Source of the DNA: Bacteroidia bacterium
GTDB taxonomy: Bacteria; Bacteroidota; Bacteroidia; UKL13-3
Reading direction: 5' to 3'
DNA length: 64,000 bases
Assembly (NCBI GenBank): GCA_044353855.1
Contig: JBILBF010000001.1
Coordinates: 824,430-888,429 of the forward strand
Shown here: positions 41,828-52,018 of the stretch, piece by piece
Layout of the letters: each line of letters starts with the position of its first letter
How positions within the stretch are numbered: position 1 is the stretch's first letter
The notes under the pieces: model-generated
Databases searched by the model: none
What the model was told of the DNA's origin: nothing
Seen by the model: the letters and a program-made list of their open reading frames with translations, nothing else
Translations under genes and position numbers: made by a program

Positions 41828-42482
41828 TAAATTACACGAAGAAATGGGCGAAGGTCATGAATCTTATTCATTAGAAACCCCTCTAAGAGACGATGCGTTT
41901 GAATTGGATGACGATATTAAAATAGAACTGATTGAAAAGCATTTTAAAGAAATTATGCTCATATTAGGTTTGGATATGACGGATGATAGCTTAAAAGGAA
42001 CTCCTCACAGAGTTGCTAAAATGTATGTTCAAGAAATTTTTTCAGGCTTGAATCCTCAAAATGCACCTGAGGCAAAATTATTTGAAAATAAATACCAATA
42101 CAAAAATATGTTGGTAGAAAAGCAAATTAGTTTCCACAGCACATGCGAACATCATTTTGTGCCTATTATTGGTAAAGCTCATATAGCTTATATTCCCAAT
42201 GGAAGAGTCGTTGGTTTATCCAAATTAAATCGGATTGTAACTTATTTTGCACAACGTCCACAAGTGCAAGAACGAATGACAATTCAGATAGTGAATATGC
42301 TGAAAGAAGTATTGCATACAGAAGATGTTGCAGTAGTAATTGAAGCAGATCATTTGTGTGTTGCATCACGTGGTGTAAAAGACGTAACGAGCAATACCAT
42401 TACATCTGAGTATTCTGGTAAGTTTTTAAACGCTTCTACAAGAGATGAGTTTTTAAAATATCTATCGATGAATAATATGTAA
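41787..42482 (+). CDS. folE: GTP cyclohydrolase I
   Basis: TPHRVAKMY, STCEHHF, GLSKLNR, RPQVQER and HLC; start may overlap queD or lie at ATG 41844. Confidence 0.95.
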   Translation: MKQKETLLSTAENNKLHEEMGEGHESYSLETPLRDDAFELDDDIKIELIEKHFKEIMLILGLDMTDDSLKGTPHRVAKMYVQEIFSGLNPQNAPEAKLFENKYQYKNMLVEKQISFHSTCEHHFVPIIGKAHIAYIPNGRVVGLSKLNRIVTYFAQRPQVQERMTIQIVNMLKEVLHTEDVAVVIEADHLCVASRGVKDVTSNTITSEYSGKFLNASTRDEFLKYLSMNNM

Positions 42483-42524
42483 TTTAAAAAAAATAAAAAA
42501 AAAGGCCTTTTCCAAAGGTTTTTT

Positions 42525-43904
42525 TTATGTTCCAATATTCTCAAATTTCACAATTTTTGCTGAGTATGTGTGGTATTCAAATTGTAACAATTCTTTGATA
42601 TAAAAGCTCTCCTTATAAGCTGTAATCATTGATTTAACTAAACTAATATCTGCTATTTGCTGGTCAATTGGCACATACCCCATACCATAAAATTTTCCAT
42701 TTTCGATTAAGATACAGCTTATCTCATCGGCATATCGTCCTTTATCTATAATTGCATAACTTTCGTATTGTGTAATAGAGGAAATAGCTTTTGTTATGCG
42801 TTTATTATAATCGATTGCATTTTCTTTTTGTTCGCAAGGGCCGTTGCAGCATAATGATTTAAAACTTATGTTTTGTAAATTAAGCGTGTTAGTTACACAT
42901 AATCTTGGACATAATGTATAGGCAGTAATAATTTCTTGGAGTGCAGTTTCTGCATCAATTTGTGTTTTATATGTTTGTAGTGGAACGATGTTTTTACGCA
43001 CTTTATCAATAGCCAACCTTACATAGTCATTTCTGTCTTGGTAATCATATATTCCAAAAGCAAATTCTGCTTTTTTAGAAACTCGATTGCCTATTGGTTT
43101 GTATTTTTTTAATTCTATAAATTCTAAAATAGAGGCTATTAATTCTGTACTACATTCGATAGTAGAAATTTGACAAACACTGTTTAGTAATTCCTGTTTT
43201 TGTTTATTTGTTTTATTTCCTGTAAAGTGAGAGGTTACCTGTTTTTTTATGTTTTTGGCTTTACCAATAAACACTACTTGTTTCTCGTTATTATAAAAGT
43301 AATAAACACCTATTTGTTGTGTGAGCTTTTCAAGTTGCTCTTGAGGTAAATTGGGCGGTAATGTATATTTTTTTGTTACAGGTTTTAAAAATCCGTTTAT
43401 CACAGAACCATCATCGGTAGCTAATATTTTTTCAAATAGTTTTACCGTTGCTAGCGCATCACCACTGGCTCTATGTCTATCACTTATGGGTATATTAAGG
43501 CTTGTGCAAATGTTGCCCAAACTATATGATTTGTAACCTGGAAAAATTTTTCGACTCAAACGGACCGTACACAATTTTTTTGCAGGTAGTGTATAGCCAC
43601 ATTGCAGTAATTGGTAATGAATAAAGGAGTAGTCAAAATTGACATTGTGTGCAACAAAAACAGAGTCTTTCAATAAATTGAATATTTGTTCAGCAACATC
43701 TTCAAATTTAGGTGCTCGGCTTACCATTTCGTTGGTTATTCCTGTATAGCTTTCCAAAAATGGGGGTATTGTAACCAATGGATTAATGAGTGTTGAGAAC
43801 TCTTTTACAATACATTGCCCATCGTGCACATAAATGGCAATTTCAGTTATGCCGTTTGTTGCGGCTTGCCCACCTGTGGTCTCTATATCAACTATGGCAT
43901 ACAT
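42525..43904 (-). CDS. DEDDh 3'-5' exonuclease (DnaQ-like) fused to a GIY-YIG-like domain
   Basis: AIVDIETTG, AHNVNFD and HRASGDA; GVYYF..VFIGKAKNI; ATG at 43904. Confidence 0.85.
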   Translation of the reverse strand: MYAIVDIETTGGQAATNGITEIAIYVHDGQCIVKEFSTLINPLVTIPPFLESYTGITNEMVSRAPKFEDVAEQIFNLLKDSVFVAHNVNFDYSFIHYQLLQCGYTLPAKKLCTVRLSRKIFPGYKSYSLGNICTSLNIPISDRHRASGDALATVKLFEKILATDDGSVINGFLKPVTKKYTLPPNLPQEQLEKLTQQIGVYYFYNNEKQVVFIGKAKNIKKQVTSHFTGNKTNKQKQELLNSVCQISTIECSTELIASILEFIELKKYKPIGNRVSKKAEFAFGIYDYQDRNDYVRLAIDKVRKNIVPLQTYKTQIDAETALQEIITAYTLCPRLCVTNTLNLQNISFKSLCCNGPCEQKENAIDYNKRITKAISSITQYESYAIIDKGRYADEISCILIENGKFYGMGYVPIDQQIADISLVKSMITAYKESFYIKELLQFEYHTYSAKIVKFENIGT

Positions 43905-43930
43905 ATTTTTTGCTATAATAACCAAGGTTG

Positions 43931-44446
43931 TTAATGTGAATTTTTCATATCAAAGTTGAGCTGCTTATAATCTATACTACTTTTATTATTTTTAAGGTAC
44001 TCAAGTATTACAATTCCATTCCGAATTCGCAAATCAGTGGATTTGGGTTTACCAATACTGTACAATACTGTTGGTTGTTTGCCAGCAGTAAGTTGGTGAA
44101 AAAGATAATTACCTACTTTATATTGAAACAAGAGCTCTTTAAACTCTTCGCGAATAGGTAAGCCGAATTCACTTTCATCTTTTTGCAGGTGTACTTCTAT
44201 TTCATCAGCGCTATTTAGCTCAAGCTTATCACGAAACTTTTTATTTATGTTTATAAAATAATTGCTAACTCCCAGAGGCATTAATACTGACTGAAAGATA
44301 TCCGTTTTATTTATGGCACAAATAATTCTTCTGTTATTTCCAGTTACAAATGGATTGGCTATTTTTTGTGGTACAGCAACATGAAAATGGCACAAATTAT
44401 TATTGAATCTGCTAAGTAAAGCTTTATAATTATTTCTTACTTCCAA
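43931..44446 (-). CDS. DUF1905 / YdeI-OmpD-associated family protein
   Basis: RRIIC.IN, LMP.G..YFI.INKK and FH.LT.GKQ...LY.I.KPK patterns. Confidence 0.65.
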   Translation of the reverse strand: MEVRNNYKALLSRFNNNLCHFHVAVPQKIANPFVTGNNRRIICAINKTDIFQSVLMPLGVSNYFININKKFRDKLELNSADEIEVHLQKDESEFGLPIREEFKELLFQYKVGNYLFHQLTAGKQPTVLYSIGKPKSTDLRIRNGIVILEYLKNNKSSIDYKQLNFDMKNSH

Positions 44447-44524
44447 TACGATGGCAATTTATAGAATTCGTTAATACAAAAAAGTGTCCCACAATTTTGT
44501 GGTACGCTTGTAATAAATTGTATG

Positions 44525-45997
44525 TTATCGTTTGCTATAATTTGGTGCTTCTTTGGTAATAGTCACATCGTGTGCATGGCTTTCTTTAGATCCAGCAGAT
44601 GTAATTTTTATAAACTTAGCCTTGTGTAATGCTTTCATATCTTTAGCTCCTACATAACCCATTCCAGCTCTTAAGCCACCAATAAACTGGTAAACAACTT
44701 CTTTTAGTGAGCCTTTTAAGGGCACAATACCTACAATGCCTTCAGGAACGAGTTTAGCAATTTCTTCTTCAGCATCTTGAAAGTAACGATCTTTAGATCC
44801 TTCTTTCATTGCCTCAATAGAGCCCATACCACGGTATGATTTATACTTCCGTCCTTCATATAAAATTGTTTCTCCAGGAGATTCTTCAGTTCCTGCAAAA
44901 ATTCCACCACTCATAACAGTGCTTGCACCTGCTGCTAATGCTTTAACCATATCACCACTATACCTAATGCCTCCATCGGCAATGATGGGTATACTTGTAC
45001 CTTTTAATGCTTTTGCCACTTCATAAATAGCAGTTAGTTGAGGTACTCCAATACCTGCAATAATGCGTGTAGTGCATATGGAACCTGGTCCCACACCTAC
45101 TTTAACACCATCAACACCTGCTGCAGCTAATGCTTTTGCACCATCACCTGTTGCTATATTTCCAGCTATAATATCAAGCTCGGTAAATATTTTACGTAAT
45201 CGTTTTATCTCTTTTAATACAAATGCAGAATGACCATGAGCTGTATCAATTGTTACAACATCAACTCCTGCTTTAACCAATGCTCTTATCCTATCTTCAG
45301 TTTCTGGAGTAACCCCAACAGCAGCGCCTACTAATAAGCGACCATGTTTATCTTTTGCTGCATTTGGATTGTCACGTAACTTAAGAATATCTTTATAGGT
45401 AATTAATCCAATGAGGATTCCTTTTTTGTTTACTACCGGCAGTTTTTCAATTTTATATTTTTGTAATATCAGTTCTGCCTTTTTTAAATCAGTTCCTTCG
45501 GGAGCAGTAATTAAATTTTCTTTGGTCATAACCTCGCTTACTTTGCGGGTCATTATTTTTTCAAATCTTAAATCACGGTTAGTTAAAATACCTACAAGTT
45601 TAAAGTTTTCATCTACAATTGGAATACCTCCAATTTTATTGTCGCTCATTAATTTAAGAGCTTCTTTAAGCGTGGCATTTACAAGTAATGTAAGGGGGTC
45701 CAAAATCATTCCGCTTTCGCTGCGTTTTACCCTTCTAACTTCTTCAGCTTGACGTTCAATAGTCATGTTTTTGTGTAACATTCCTATTCCACCTTGCTGC
45801 GCCATAGCTATTGCCAAACGAGATTCTGTTACAGTATCCATAGCTGCAGAAAGCATTGGAATGTTGATTCGGATATTTTTGGTTAGTTGTGATGAAGTAT
45901 CAACTTCTCGCGGAAGGACTTCTGAAAACGCTGGAAGAAGAAGAACATCATCAAAAGTGAGGCCCTCTCCAAAAAATTTGTTTTTATCGTTTATCAT
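44525..45997 (-). CDS. guaB: IMP dehydrogenase
   Basis: [18 protein letters not shown] pair, GPGSICTTR catalytic Cys and YRGMGS. Confidence 0.98.
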   Translation of the reverse strand: MINDKNKFFGEGLTFDDVLLLPAFSEVLPREVDTSSQLTKNIRINIPMLSAAMDTVTESRLAIAMAQQGGIGMLHKNMTIERQAEEVRRVKRSESGMILDPLTLLVNATLKEALKLMSDNKIGGIPIVDENFKLVGILTNRDLRFEKIMTRKVSEVMTKENLITAPEGTDLKKAELILQKYKIEKLPVVNKKGILIGLITYKDILKLRDNPNAAKDKHGRLLVGAAVGVTPETEDRIRALVKAGVDVVTIDTAHGHSAFVLKEIKRLRKIFTELDIIAGNIATGDGAKALAAAGVDGVKVGVGPGSICTTRIIAGIGVPQLTAIYEVAKALKGTSIPIIADGGIRYSGDMVKALAAGASTVMSGGIFAGTEESPGETILYEGRKYKSYRGMGSIEAMKEGSKDRYFQDAEEEIAKLVPEGIVGIVPLKGSLKEVVYQFIGGLRAGMGYVGAKDMKALHKAKFIKITSAGSKESHAHDVTITKEAPNYSKR

Positions 45998-46207
45998 GGC
46001 AAATAATTGATTCTATTATTTGCTGTGCGAATCTATAGTAATTGTATCAAATTTAGATAATTACTTTTAGTGAACTGATAAATGTTTGGTAATGAACAAA
46101 TAAACGGGATTTGATATTGATATTTTGACTTCACTCAAAACATGAATAGCCGAATGAATACTCATAAGTTAAAATAAAAAAGCCCAATCTTTCAATTGGG
46201 CATTTAT

Positions 46208-46267
46208 TAGTTGCGGAGACAGGACTCGAACCTGTGTCCGTCAACTGACGGATATGATCCCAACGAC
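46208..46267 (-). pseudogene. Truncated tRNA-Met copy 2 with palindromic replacement
   Basis: TCGTTGGGATCATA + TCCGTCAGTTGACGGA + CACAGGTTCGAGTCCTGTCTCCGCAACTA. Confidence 0.8.
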
Positions 46268-46306
46268 TTAAAATAAAAAAGCCCAATCTTTCAATTGGGC
46301 TTTTAT

Positions 46307-46366
46307 TAGTTGCGGAGACAGGACTCGAACCTGTGTCCGTCAACTGACGGATATGATCCCAACGAC
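46307..46366 (-). pseudogene. Truncated tRNA-Met copy 1 with palindromic replacement
   Basis: Same sequence as copy 2; lacks the 5' acceptor strand and most of the D-arm. Confidence 0.8.
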
Positions 46367-46373
46367 TTAAAAT

Positions 46374-46403
46374 AAAAAAGCCCAATCTTTCAATTGGGCT
46401 TTT
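46374..46403 (-). terminator. Intrinsic terminator after tRNA-fMet (repeated in each 99-bp unit)
   Basis: AAAAGCCCAAT-TGAAAG-ATTGGGCTTTTTT on the minus strand. Confidence 0.85.
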
Positions 46404-46408
46404 ATTAG

Positions 46409-46480
<72 letters not shown>

Positions 46481-46551
46481 ATGTATCTTGAGTTTAATAA
46501 ACTTCGATGAATCGAAAACAAATAACAATAAAGTAGTTGTTTTTGGGGATG

Positions 46552-46559
46552 CAAATATA
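46552..46559 (-). promoter_or_regulatory. -7 promoter element (TATATTTG) of tRNA-fMet
   Basis: Exact consensus match about 70 bp upstream of the tRNA. Confidence 0.55.
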
Positions 46560-46628
46560 GATAGCTTTTATTCTTTTGCAAGTATTTTATAAAATTAATA
46601 TCGTTTCTTTGCAGATTAATTTTAATAA

Positions 46629-47516
46629 ATGAAGCATCAATCTGGTTTTGTAAGTATTATAGGTAAACCCAATGTTGGAAAATCAACTCTGATGAATGCC
46701 TTAGTAGGGGAGAAACTTTCTATTATTTCGCCTAAAGTACAAACCACTAGGCATCGCATTATGGGTATATTATCTAAACCAGAATACCAATTGGTTTTTT
46801 CGGATACGCCAGGTATTATAGAACCAAAATACAAGTTACATGGTAATATGATGCAATTTGTAAACGATAGTTTAGAAGATGCTGATGTGGTTATTTATCT
46901 AACAGATACTTTTACTTCAGCAGAAAAAGATGCAGAATTAATTCAACGTATAAAAGCAATCAAATCACCTTTAATTATTGTTGTAAATAAAGTAGATGAA
47001 TTAAAAGAAACAGAACAAATTGTAGAACGTGTTAATTTTTGGAAAGAACAAGTAGACTGCGAAGCCATTATACCAATTTCAGCACTCAACAAATTCAATT
47101 TGGACATGCTACTCCAAAATATTCTAAAGCATGCACCCGAAGCACCTCCTTTTTATCCAGAAGATCAACTAACAGATAAATCAGAACGTTTTATTGCGGC
47201 TGAAATTATTCGTGAAAAAATAATGATGCGTTACAAGGAAGAGATTCCATACTCGGTTCAGGTTGAAGTTGTAGAATTTAAAGATGAAGAGAATTTATTG
47301 AGAATTAGTGCTGAAATTTATGTAATGCGTGATTCTCAAAAAATTATTCTTATAGGTAAAGGTGGAATAGCTTTAAAAAATGTGGGTGTAGCAGCTCGAA
47401 GGGATATGGAACAATTTTTTGGAAAGCAGGTATACTTACAAACATTTGTTAAAGTAAAAGATAACTGGAGGGATGATGATAGAATGCTCAAACAATTTGG
47501 ATACAAAAACGATTAA
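46629..47516 (+). CDS. era: GTPase Era
   Basis: [22 protein letters not shown] and C-terminal KH domain (EIPYS). Confidence 0.97.
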   Translation: MKHQSGFVSIIGKPNVGKSTLMNALVGEKLSIISPKVQTTRHRIMGILSKPEYQLVFSDTPGIIEPKYKLHGNMMQFVNDSLEDADVVIYLTDTFTSAEKDAELIQRIKAIKSPLIIVVNKVDELKETEQIVERVNFWKEQVDCEAIIPISALNKFNLDMLLQNILKHAPEAPPFYPEDQLTDKSERFIAAEIIREKIMMRYKEEIPYSVQVEVVEFKDEENLLRISAEIYVMRDSQKIILIGKGGIALKNVGVAARRDMEQFFGKQVYLQTFVKVKDNWRDDDRMLKQFGYKND

Positions 47517-47578
47517 CGTTTAAAGTGTGAATTATTGATTTGAAGTAGTTTAAGAAAAAGTAATTAGAAATAAAAAGC

Positions 47579-48898
47579 ATGGGAAATATAGTAGCAATAG
47601 TAGGAAGGCCAAATGTTGGAAAATCAACATTATTTAACAGGTTGGTGGGGCATAGAACAGCCATCGTTGATGATTATTCGGGAGTAACACGCGATAGGCA
47701 TTATGGTTTAAGTGAGTGGAATGGAAGAGAATTTACAATTATAGACACAGGAGGATTTGTTTCAGGGTCGAATGATATTTTTGAAGCCGCAATAAATAGT
47801 CAAGTTAGAATAGCCATAGATGAAGCAGATGTGTTGATTTTTATGGTAGATGTTGCAGAAGGTATAACTGCTTTAGATCAATCCGTTGCTCAGCTTTTAC
47901 GTAAAAGTAAAAAGCCAGTAATGTTAGTTGTCAATAAAGTAGATAATAATGATCGTGTATTTGCAGCTAGTGAGTTTTATGGACTAGGTTTTGAAAAGCT
48001 ACACCAAGTTTCATCAGCCTCGGGCAGTGGAACAGGAGATTTATTAGATGACGTGATAAATGCTTTGCCACCAATCATTGAAACAGACACAGAAAAAGGA
48101 GAAGAAGAAGTTTTACCTAAAATTGCCATTGTTGGAAGGCCAAATGTAGGGAAATCGTCATTGGTAAATGCGTTATTAGGTGAAGATAGAAATATCGTTA
48201 CAGAAATTGCAGGAACAACAAGAGATACCATTAACACACTTTATAATGGTTATGGGCACAAATTTTTGTTAATAGATACAGCAGGAATTCGAAGAAAAGC
48301 TAAGGTAAAAGAAGATATTGAGTTTTATTCAGTGATGCGTTCTGTTAAAGCAATTGAAGATTGTGATGTAGCAATCTTAGTTATAGATGCTACAGTAGGT
48401 TTAGATTCTCAGGATTTAAATTTAGTTCACCTAGCTGAAACCAATAGTAAAGGCTTAGTAATAGTTGTTAATAAATGGGATTTAGTTGAAAAAGACACTA
48501 AAACATCAACTGAGTTTGAAAAAGTAATTCGCAAAAAGCTAGAACCATTTACGGATGTACCTATTATTTTCACCTCAGCTATAACCAAACAACGTATTCA
48601 TAAAGCGGTAGAGTTTGCAATGCAGGTTCATGAAAACCGAAAACGAAGAATTCCGACTCGTAAGTTAAATGATGTGATGCTTGCATACATAGAAGCATAC
48701 CAACCTCCAGCTATCAAAGGAAAGTATGTAAAAATAAAGTTCGTAACTCAGCTACCAGGTAGAAGTCCTAAATTTGCATTTTTTTGCAATTTACCTCAAT
48801 ACATAAATGATAGTTACAAACGGTATTTGGAAAATAAAATGCGAGAAAGCTTTGACCTACATGGAGTTCCAATTACTATTTTTATGAGAAAAAAATAA
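47579..48898 (+). CDS. der: Ribosome biogenesis GTPase Der (EngA)
   Basis: Two tandem G domains (GRPNVGKS twice; DTGG/DTAG; NKVD/NKWD). Confidence 0.97.
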   Translation: MGNIVAIVGRPNVGKSTLFNRLVGHRTAIVDDYSGVTRDRHYGLSEWNGREFTIIDTGGFVSGSNDIFEAAINSQVRIAIDEADVLIFMVDVAEGITALDQSVAQLLRKSKKPVMLVVNKVDNNDRVFAASEFYGLGFEKLHQVSSASGSGTGDLLDDVINALPPIIETDTEKGEEEVLPKIAIVGRPNVGKSSLVNALLGEDRNIVTEIAGTTRDTINTLYNGYGHKFLLIDTAGIRRKAKVKEDIEFYSVMRSVKAIEDCDVAILVIDATVGLDSQDLNLVHLAETNSKGLVIVVNKWDLVEKDTKTSTEFEKVIRKKLEPFTDVPIIFTSAITKQRIHKAVEFAMQVHENRKRRIPTRKLNDVMLAYIEAYQPPAIKGKYVKIKFVTQLPGRSPKFAFFCNLPQYINDSYKRYLENKMRESFDLHGVPITIFMRKK

Positions 48899-48925
48899 AA
48901 AAATTGTTTTTTTCATAAAAAAGCA

Positions 48926-48933
48926 TAATTTTG
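48926..48933 (+). promoter_or_regulatory. -7 promoter element (TAATTTTG) of the small lipoprotein gene
   Basis: Exact consensus match 34 bp upstream of the ATG. Confidence 0.55.
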
Positions 48934-48966
48934 CAATCGAATTTTAACCAATAAAAGTTTTATCAC

Positions 48967-49182
48967 ATGAAAAAAGTATTATCAATCCTTGCTGCAGCTT
49001 CAATGTTAGCAGTAATCGCTTGCGGTCCTTCAGCAGAAGAAAAAAAGAAAGCTGACGAAAAACGCATCCAAGATTCAATCGAGTCAGCTCAACGTATGGC
49101 TGATTCATTAGCTGCAATGGAAGCATCTATGATGCCTACAGATTCAATGGCTATGGATTCAACAGCAGTTGAAGCTAAGTAA
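48967..49182 (+). CDS. Small (71 aa) lipoprotein with low-complexity D/S/M/A tail
   Basis: MKK start, hydrophobic stretch, lipobox VIAC; own promoter and terminator. Confidence 0.8.
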   Translation: MKKVLSILAAASMLAVIACGPSAEEKKKADEKRIQDSIESAQRMADSLAAMEASMMPTDSMAMDSTAVEAK

Positions 49183-49207
49183 TTGATTGCGGAAACGCTT
49201 TAAATTT

Positions 49208-49239
49208 AAAAAGAGTGCCTCAAAGCACTCTTTTTTTTT
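49208..49239 (+). terminator. Intrinsic terminator after the small lipoprotein gene
   Basis: AAAAAGAGTGC / GCACTCTTTTTTTTT. Confidence 0.85.
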
Positions 49240-49282
49240 ACCAAAAAAGTAAATAGTATTTGTTTTTAAAGAATTTACGGCA

Positions 49283-49290
49283 TACTTTTG
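49283..49290 (+). promoter_or_regulatory. -7 promoter element (TACTTTTG) of rpmH
   Basis: Exact consensus match with a TTTG about 20 bp upstream. Confidence 0.6.
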
Positions 49291-49311
49291 CCGTCCTAAT
49301 TTGTAAATAGT

Positions 49312-49473
49312 ATGCCATTAAGAACGTTCCAACCCTCGACAAGAAAAAGAAGAAACAAGCACGGATTTCGTGAAAGGATGAGCACTGCAGCTGGTCGTAA
49401 AGTGATTAGAGCGCGTAGGGCTCGTGGCCGTAAAAAGCTAACTGTATCTAGCGAAAAACGCCATAAAAAATAA
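49312..49473 (+). CDS. rpmH: 50S ribosomal protein L34 (missed by the ORF track)
   Basis: Own translation: [53 protein letters not shown]. Confidence 0.97.
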   Translation: MPLRTFQPSTRKRRNKHGFRERMSTAAGRKVIRARRARGRKKLTVSSEKRHKK

Positions 49474-49557
49474 TTACCCGTAAGTTCGAAACATTGTTTT
49501 CAGATGTTGAAAAACATTTTTTTCTATTGTCTGGGTTTTCATTATTCGAATTTTAGT

Positions 49558-49977
49558 ATGTATACATTTCATAAATCAGAAAAGCTTTCCAGCAAAAAAC
49601 TGATTGCAAAACTTTTTGTAAAAGGAAATCGTGGATTATCACGATTTCCTTTTCGTTTTACATGGGTACCAGCTTTATTAGAGGCTCCAGTGCCCGCTCA
49701 GGTGCTTTTTATAGTTTCTAAGCGTAATTTTAGTAAGGCAACATCCAGAAATAAAATAAAACGACAATTACGAGAGCTATATAGATTATCAAAACCAATG
49801 TTATATAGTTGTTTAGGTGATAATAAACAGATAGCATTATCAATTATGTATAATGCACCTGTTGCAATATCATACCAAGAACTAGCAAACATATTTGCGG
49901 TTAGTATCAAACAACTTTGCAATGATTTGGACAAAAATTATACAAGCCCCATTCATCATTCTCATTCGGATATATAA
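49558..49977 (+). CDS. rnpA: Ribonuclease P protein component
   Basis: [29 protein letters not shown] (RNR-like motif); follows rpmH. Confidence 0.9.
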   Translation: MYTFHKSEKLSSKKLIAKLFVKGNRGLSRFPFRFTWVPALLEAPVPAQVLFIVSKRNFSKATSRNKIKRQLRELYRLSKPMLYSCLGDNKQIALSIMYNAPVAISYQELANIFAVSIKQLCNDLDKNYTSPIHHSHSDI

Positions 49978-50149
49978 GTATTCCATTTCACCTTTGTTAC
50001 CTAACGCATGTAGGTACACACCTACTTGCTCAAATTACACAGAACAAGCAATTTTAAAATACGGTATTGTGAAAGGAATTGGAATGGGCATTAGGCGTAT
50101 TTCTAAATGTCATCCATGGGGAGGAAGTGGTTATGATCCATTACCTTAA
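49922..50149 (+). CDS. yidD: Membrane protein insertion efficiency factor YidD
   Basis: [17 protein letters not shown] and [11 protein letters not shown]; ATG at 49922. Confidence 0.93.
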   Translation: MIWTKIIQAPFIILIRIYKYSISPLLPNACRYTPTCSNYTEQAILKYGIVKGIGMGIRRISKCHPWGGSGYDPLP

Positions 50150-50268
50150 ACTGTTCGTTTAAAAAACTTTTATCAAATTTATCAATAAATCCAAGCAAAA
50201 GAGCATAAATTTGGTTGATTTTAAGTTCATTTCAAATTTGTATTCTTGATCGTGTTAATTATATTTTT

Positions 50269-51939
50269 ATGAAAGAAATTTTCAAAAAAGTTAAATGGTA
50301 TTATTTACTAATATCTTTAAGTGTTGTTGCGTTATTTTCCTTTACTCAAACAAATAACAATTATTTTGAAATTTCTAAGAATCTCGACATTTTCGCAACA
50401 CTTTATAGAGAGGTTAATGCCTATTATGTAGATGATGTTGATGCAGGAAAATTAATGCGGAAGGCAATAGACGAGATGCTGAATACACTCGATCCATACA
50501 CCAATTATATTTCAGAATCAGAAATTGAAGATTTTAGGTTTCAAATGACCGGACAATATGGAGGAATTGGCTCACAAATTGGCCAAAAAGGTGATTTTAT
50601 AATGATAACTGATCCCTATGAAGGTTATCCGGCTCAAAAAGAAGACCTGAGAGCTGGAGATTTGTTATTAGAAGTTGAAGGTAAATCTGTAAGAGGTAAG
50701 AATAGTAGTGATATAAGTAAATTATTAAAAGGTCAGCCAGGTACAAAAGTTAAACTATTAATAAAAAGGGAAGCTGAAGGTGAAATTCTTAAAATAGTAA
50801 CGAGAGAAGAAATTCATGTTAAAAATGTGCCTTATGTTGGTATGATCAATGAATATACTGGTTATATAAGATTGCAATCATTTACAAATGATGCAGGCAA
50901 AGAGGTAAAAGAAGCATTATTGGAACTTAAAAAGAATCCTAAATTATCATCTTTAATATTGGATGTTCGAGGCAATCCAGGTGGATTATTACATGAATCT
51001 GTGAATATCGTAAATGTATTTGTTGCCCGGGGAACGGATGTAGTAAGTACTAAGGGGAAAATAAAAGAGTCGGATAAAACATATCCAACACTTAATGTTG
51101 CAATAGATACCTTAATTCCGTTGGTTGTTTTAACCAATCGTTCATCTGCTTCAGCATCTGAAATTGTTTCGGGAAGTATTCAGGATTTGGATAGAGGAGT
51201 GATAATTGGTAGTAGAACATTCGGAAAAGGATTAGTACAAAATACGCGACCGCTTAGTTATGGTACACAAGTTAAAATTACAACTGCAAAATACTATACT
51301 CCTTCAGGGCGTTGCATACAAGCATTAGATTATTCTCATCGTAATGATGATGGAAGTGTGGGAGCTATTCCTGATAGTCTAAAAAGAGAATTTAAAACTA
51401 AAAGTGGTCGCAAAGTATATGATGGTGGTGGGGTTGATCCTGATATACTTGTTATCCAACAACCGTATTCTAAAATTGCAGAAAGTTTATTAAGTAAACA
51501 ACTCATTTTTGATTACGCTACCTTTTATCGTTCCAAAAATAAGAGTATTCTAGCCGCAAAAGATTTTAAACTAAGCGATGTAGAGTTTGGAGCGTTTAAA
51601 GATTTTATTTCAACCAAGGAATACGACTATACAACCGCTAGTGAGAGAGCCTTAGATGAGTTTAAAAAGAAGGCAGAGGCTGAAAAATATTTCGATGGAG
51701 TAAAATTACAATATGAATCATTGAGGCAAAATTTAAAACACGATAAAAGTGCAGATCTTGAAAAAAATAAAGAAGAGTTAAAAGAACTATTAGAAGAAGA
51801 AATAACTAAAAGATATTATTTTCAAAAGGCAAGATATGAAGCCTCATTTAAAAATGATGAAGACATACAAGCAGCACTAAAACTGTTTGAAGATTCTTTA
51901 AAATATAAAGAAATACTAAGACCTGCACTTAAAAAGTAG
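50269..51939 (+). CDS. S41 family C-terminal processing peptidase with PDZ domain
   Basis: LDPYT, GGIG, LDVRGNPGG, SASASEIV (Ser), TFGKG (Lys); ATG at 50269. Confidence 0.92.
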   Translation: MKEIFKKVKWYYLLISLSVVALFSFTQTNNNYFEISKNLDIFATLYREVNAYYVDDVDAGKLMRKAIDEMLNTLDPYTNYISESEIEDFRFQMTGQYGGIGSQIGQKGDFIMITDPYEGYPAQKEDLRAGDLLLEVEGKSVRGKNSSDISKLLKGQPGTKVKLLIKREAEGEILKIVTREEIHVKNVPYVGMINEYTGYIRLQSFTNDAGKEVKEALLELKKNPKLSSLILDVRGNPGGLLHESVNIVNVFVARGTDVVSTKGKIKESDKTYPTLNVAIDTLIPLVVLTNRSSASASEIVSGSIQDLDRGVIIGSRTFGKGLVQNTRPLSYGTQVKITTAKYYTPSGRCIQALDYSHRNDDGSVGAIPDSLKREFKTKSGRKVYDGGGVDPDILVIQQPYSKIAESLLSKQLIFDYATFYRSKNKSILAAKDFKLSDVEFGAFKDFISTKEYDYTTASERALDEFKKKAEAEKYFDGVKLQYESLRQNLKHDKSADLEKNKEELKELLEEEITKRYYFQKARYEASFKNDEDIQAALKLFEDSLKYKEILRPALKK

Positions 51940-52018
51940 AGAATAAATTGAATGAGTGATTATTCCTAAAAACCTCATACTGTTTATTCATGATATTTGA
52001 TTATATGGAATATTAACT

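Noticed and set aside
46068-46166. 32-codon ORF after the last repeat, checked as a possible nuclease or integrase remnant
   Set aside because: Translation (MSIHSAIHVLSEV...) shows no GIY-YIG, recombinase or other recognisable motif.
49922-49977. 56-bp overlap of rnpA and yidD; rpmH-rnpA-yidD not followed by yidC
   Set aside because: Overlap of these two genes is common, and the cluster is often split in this phylum.
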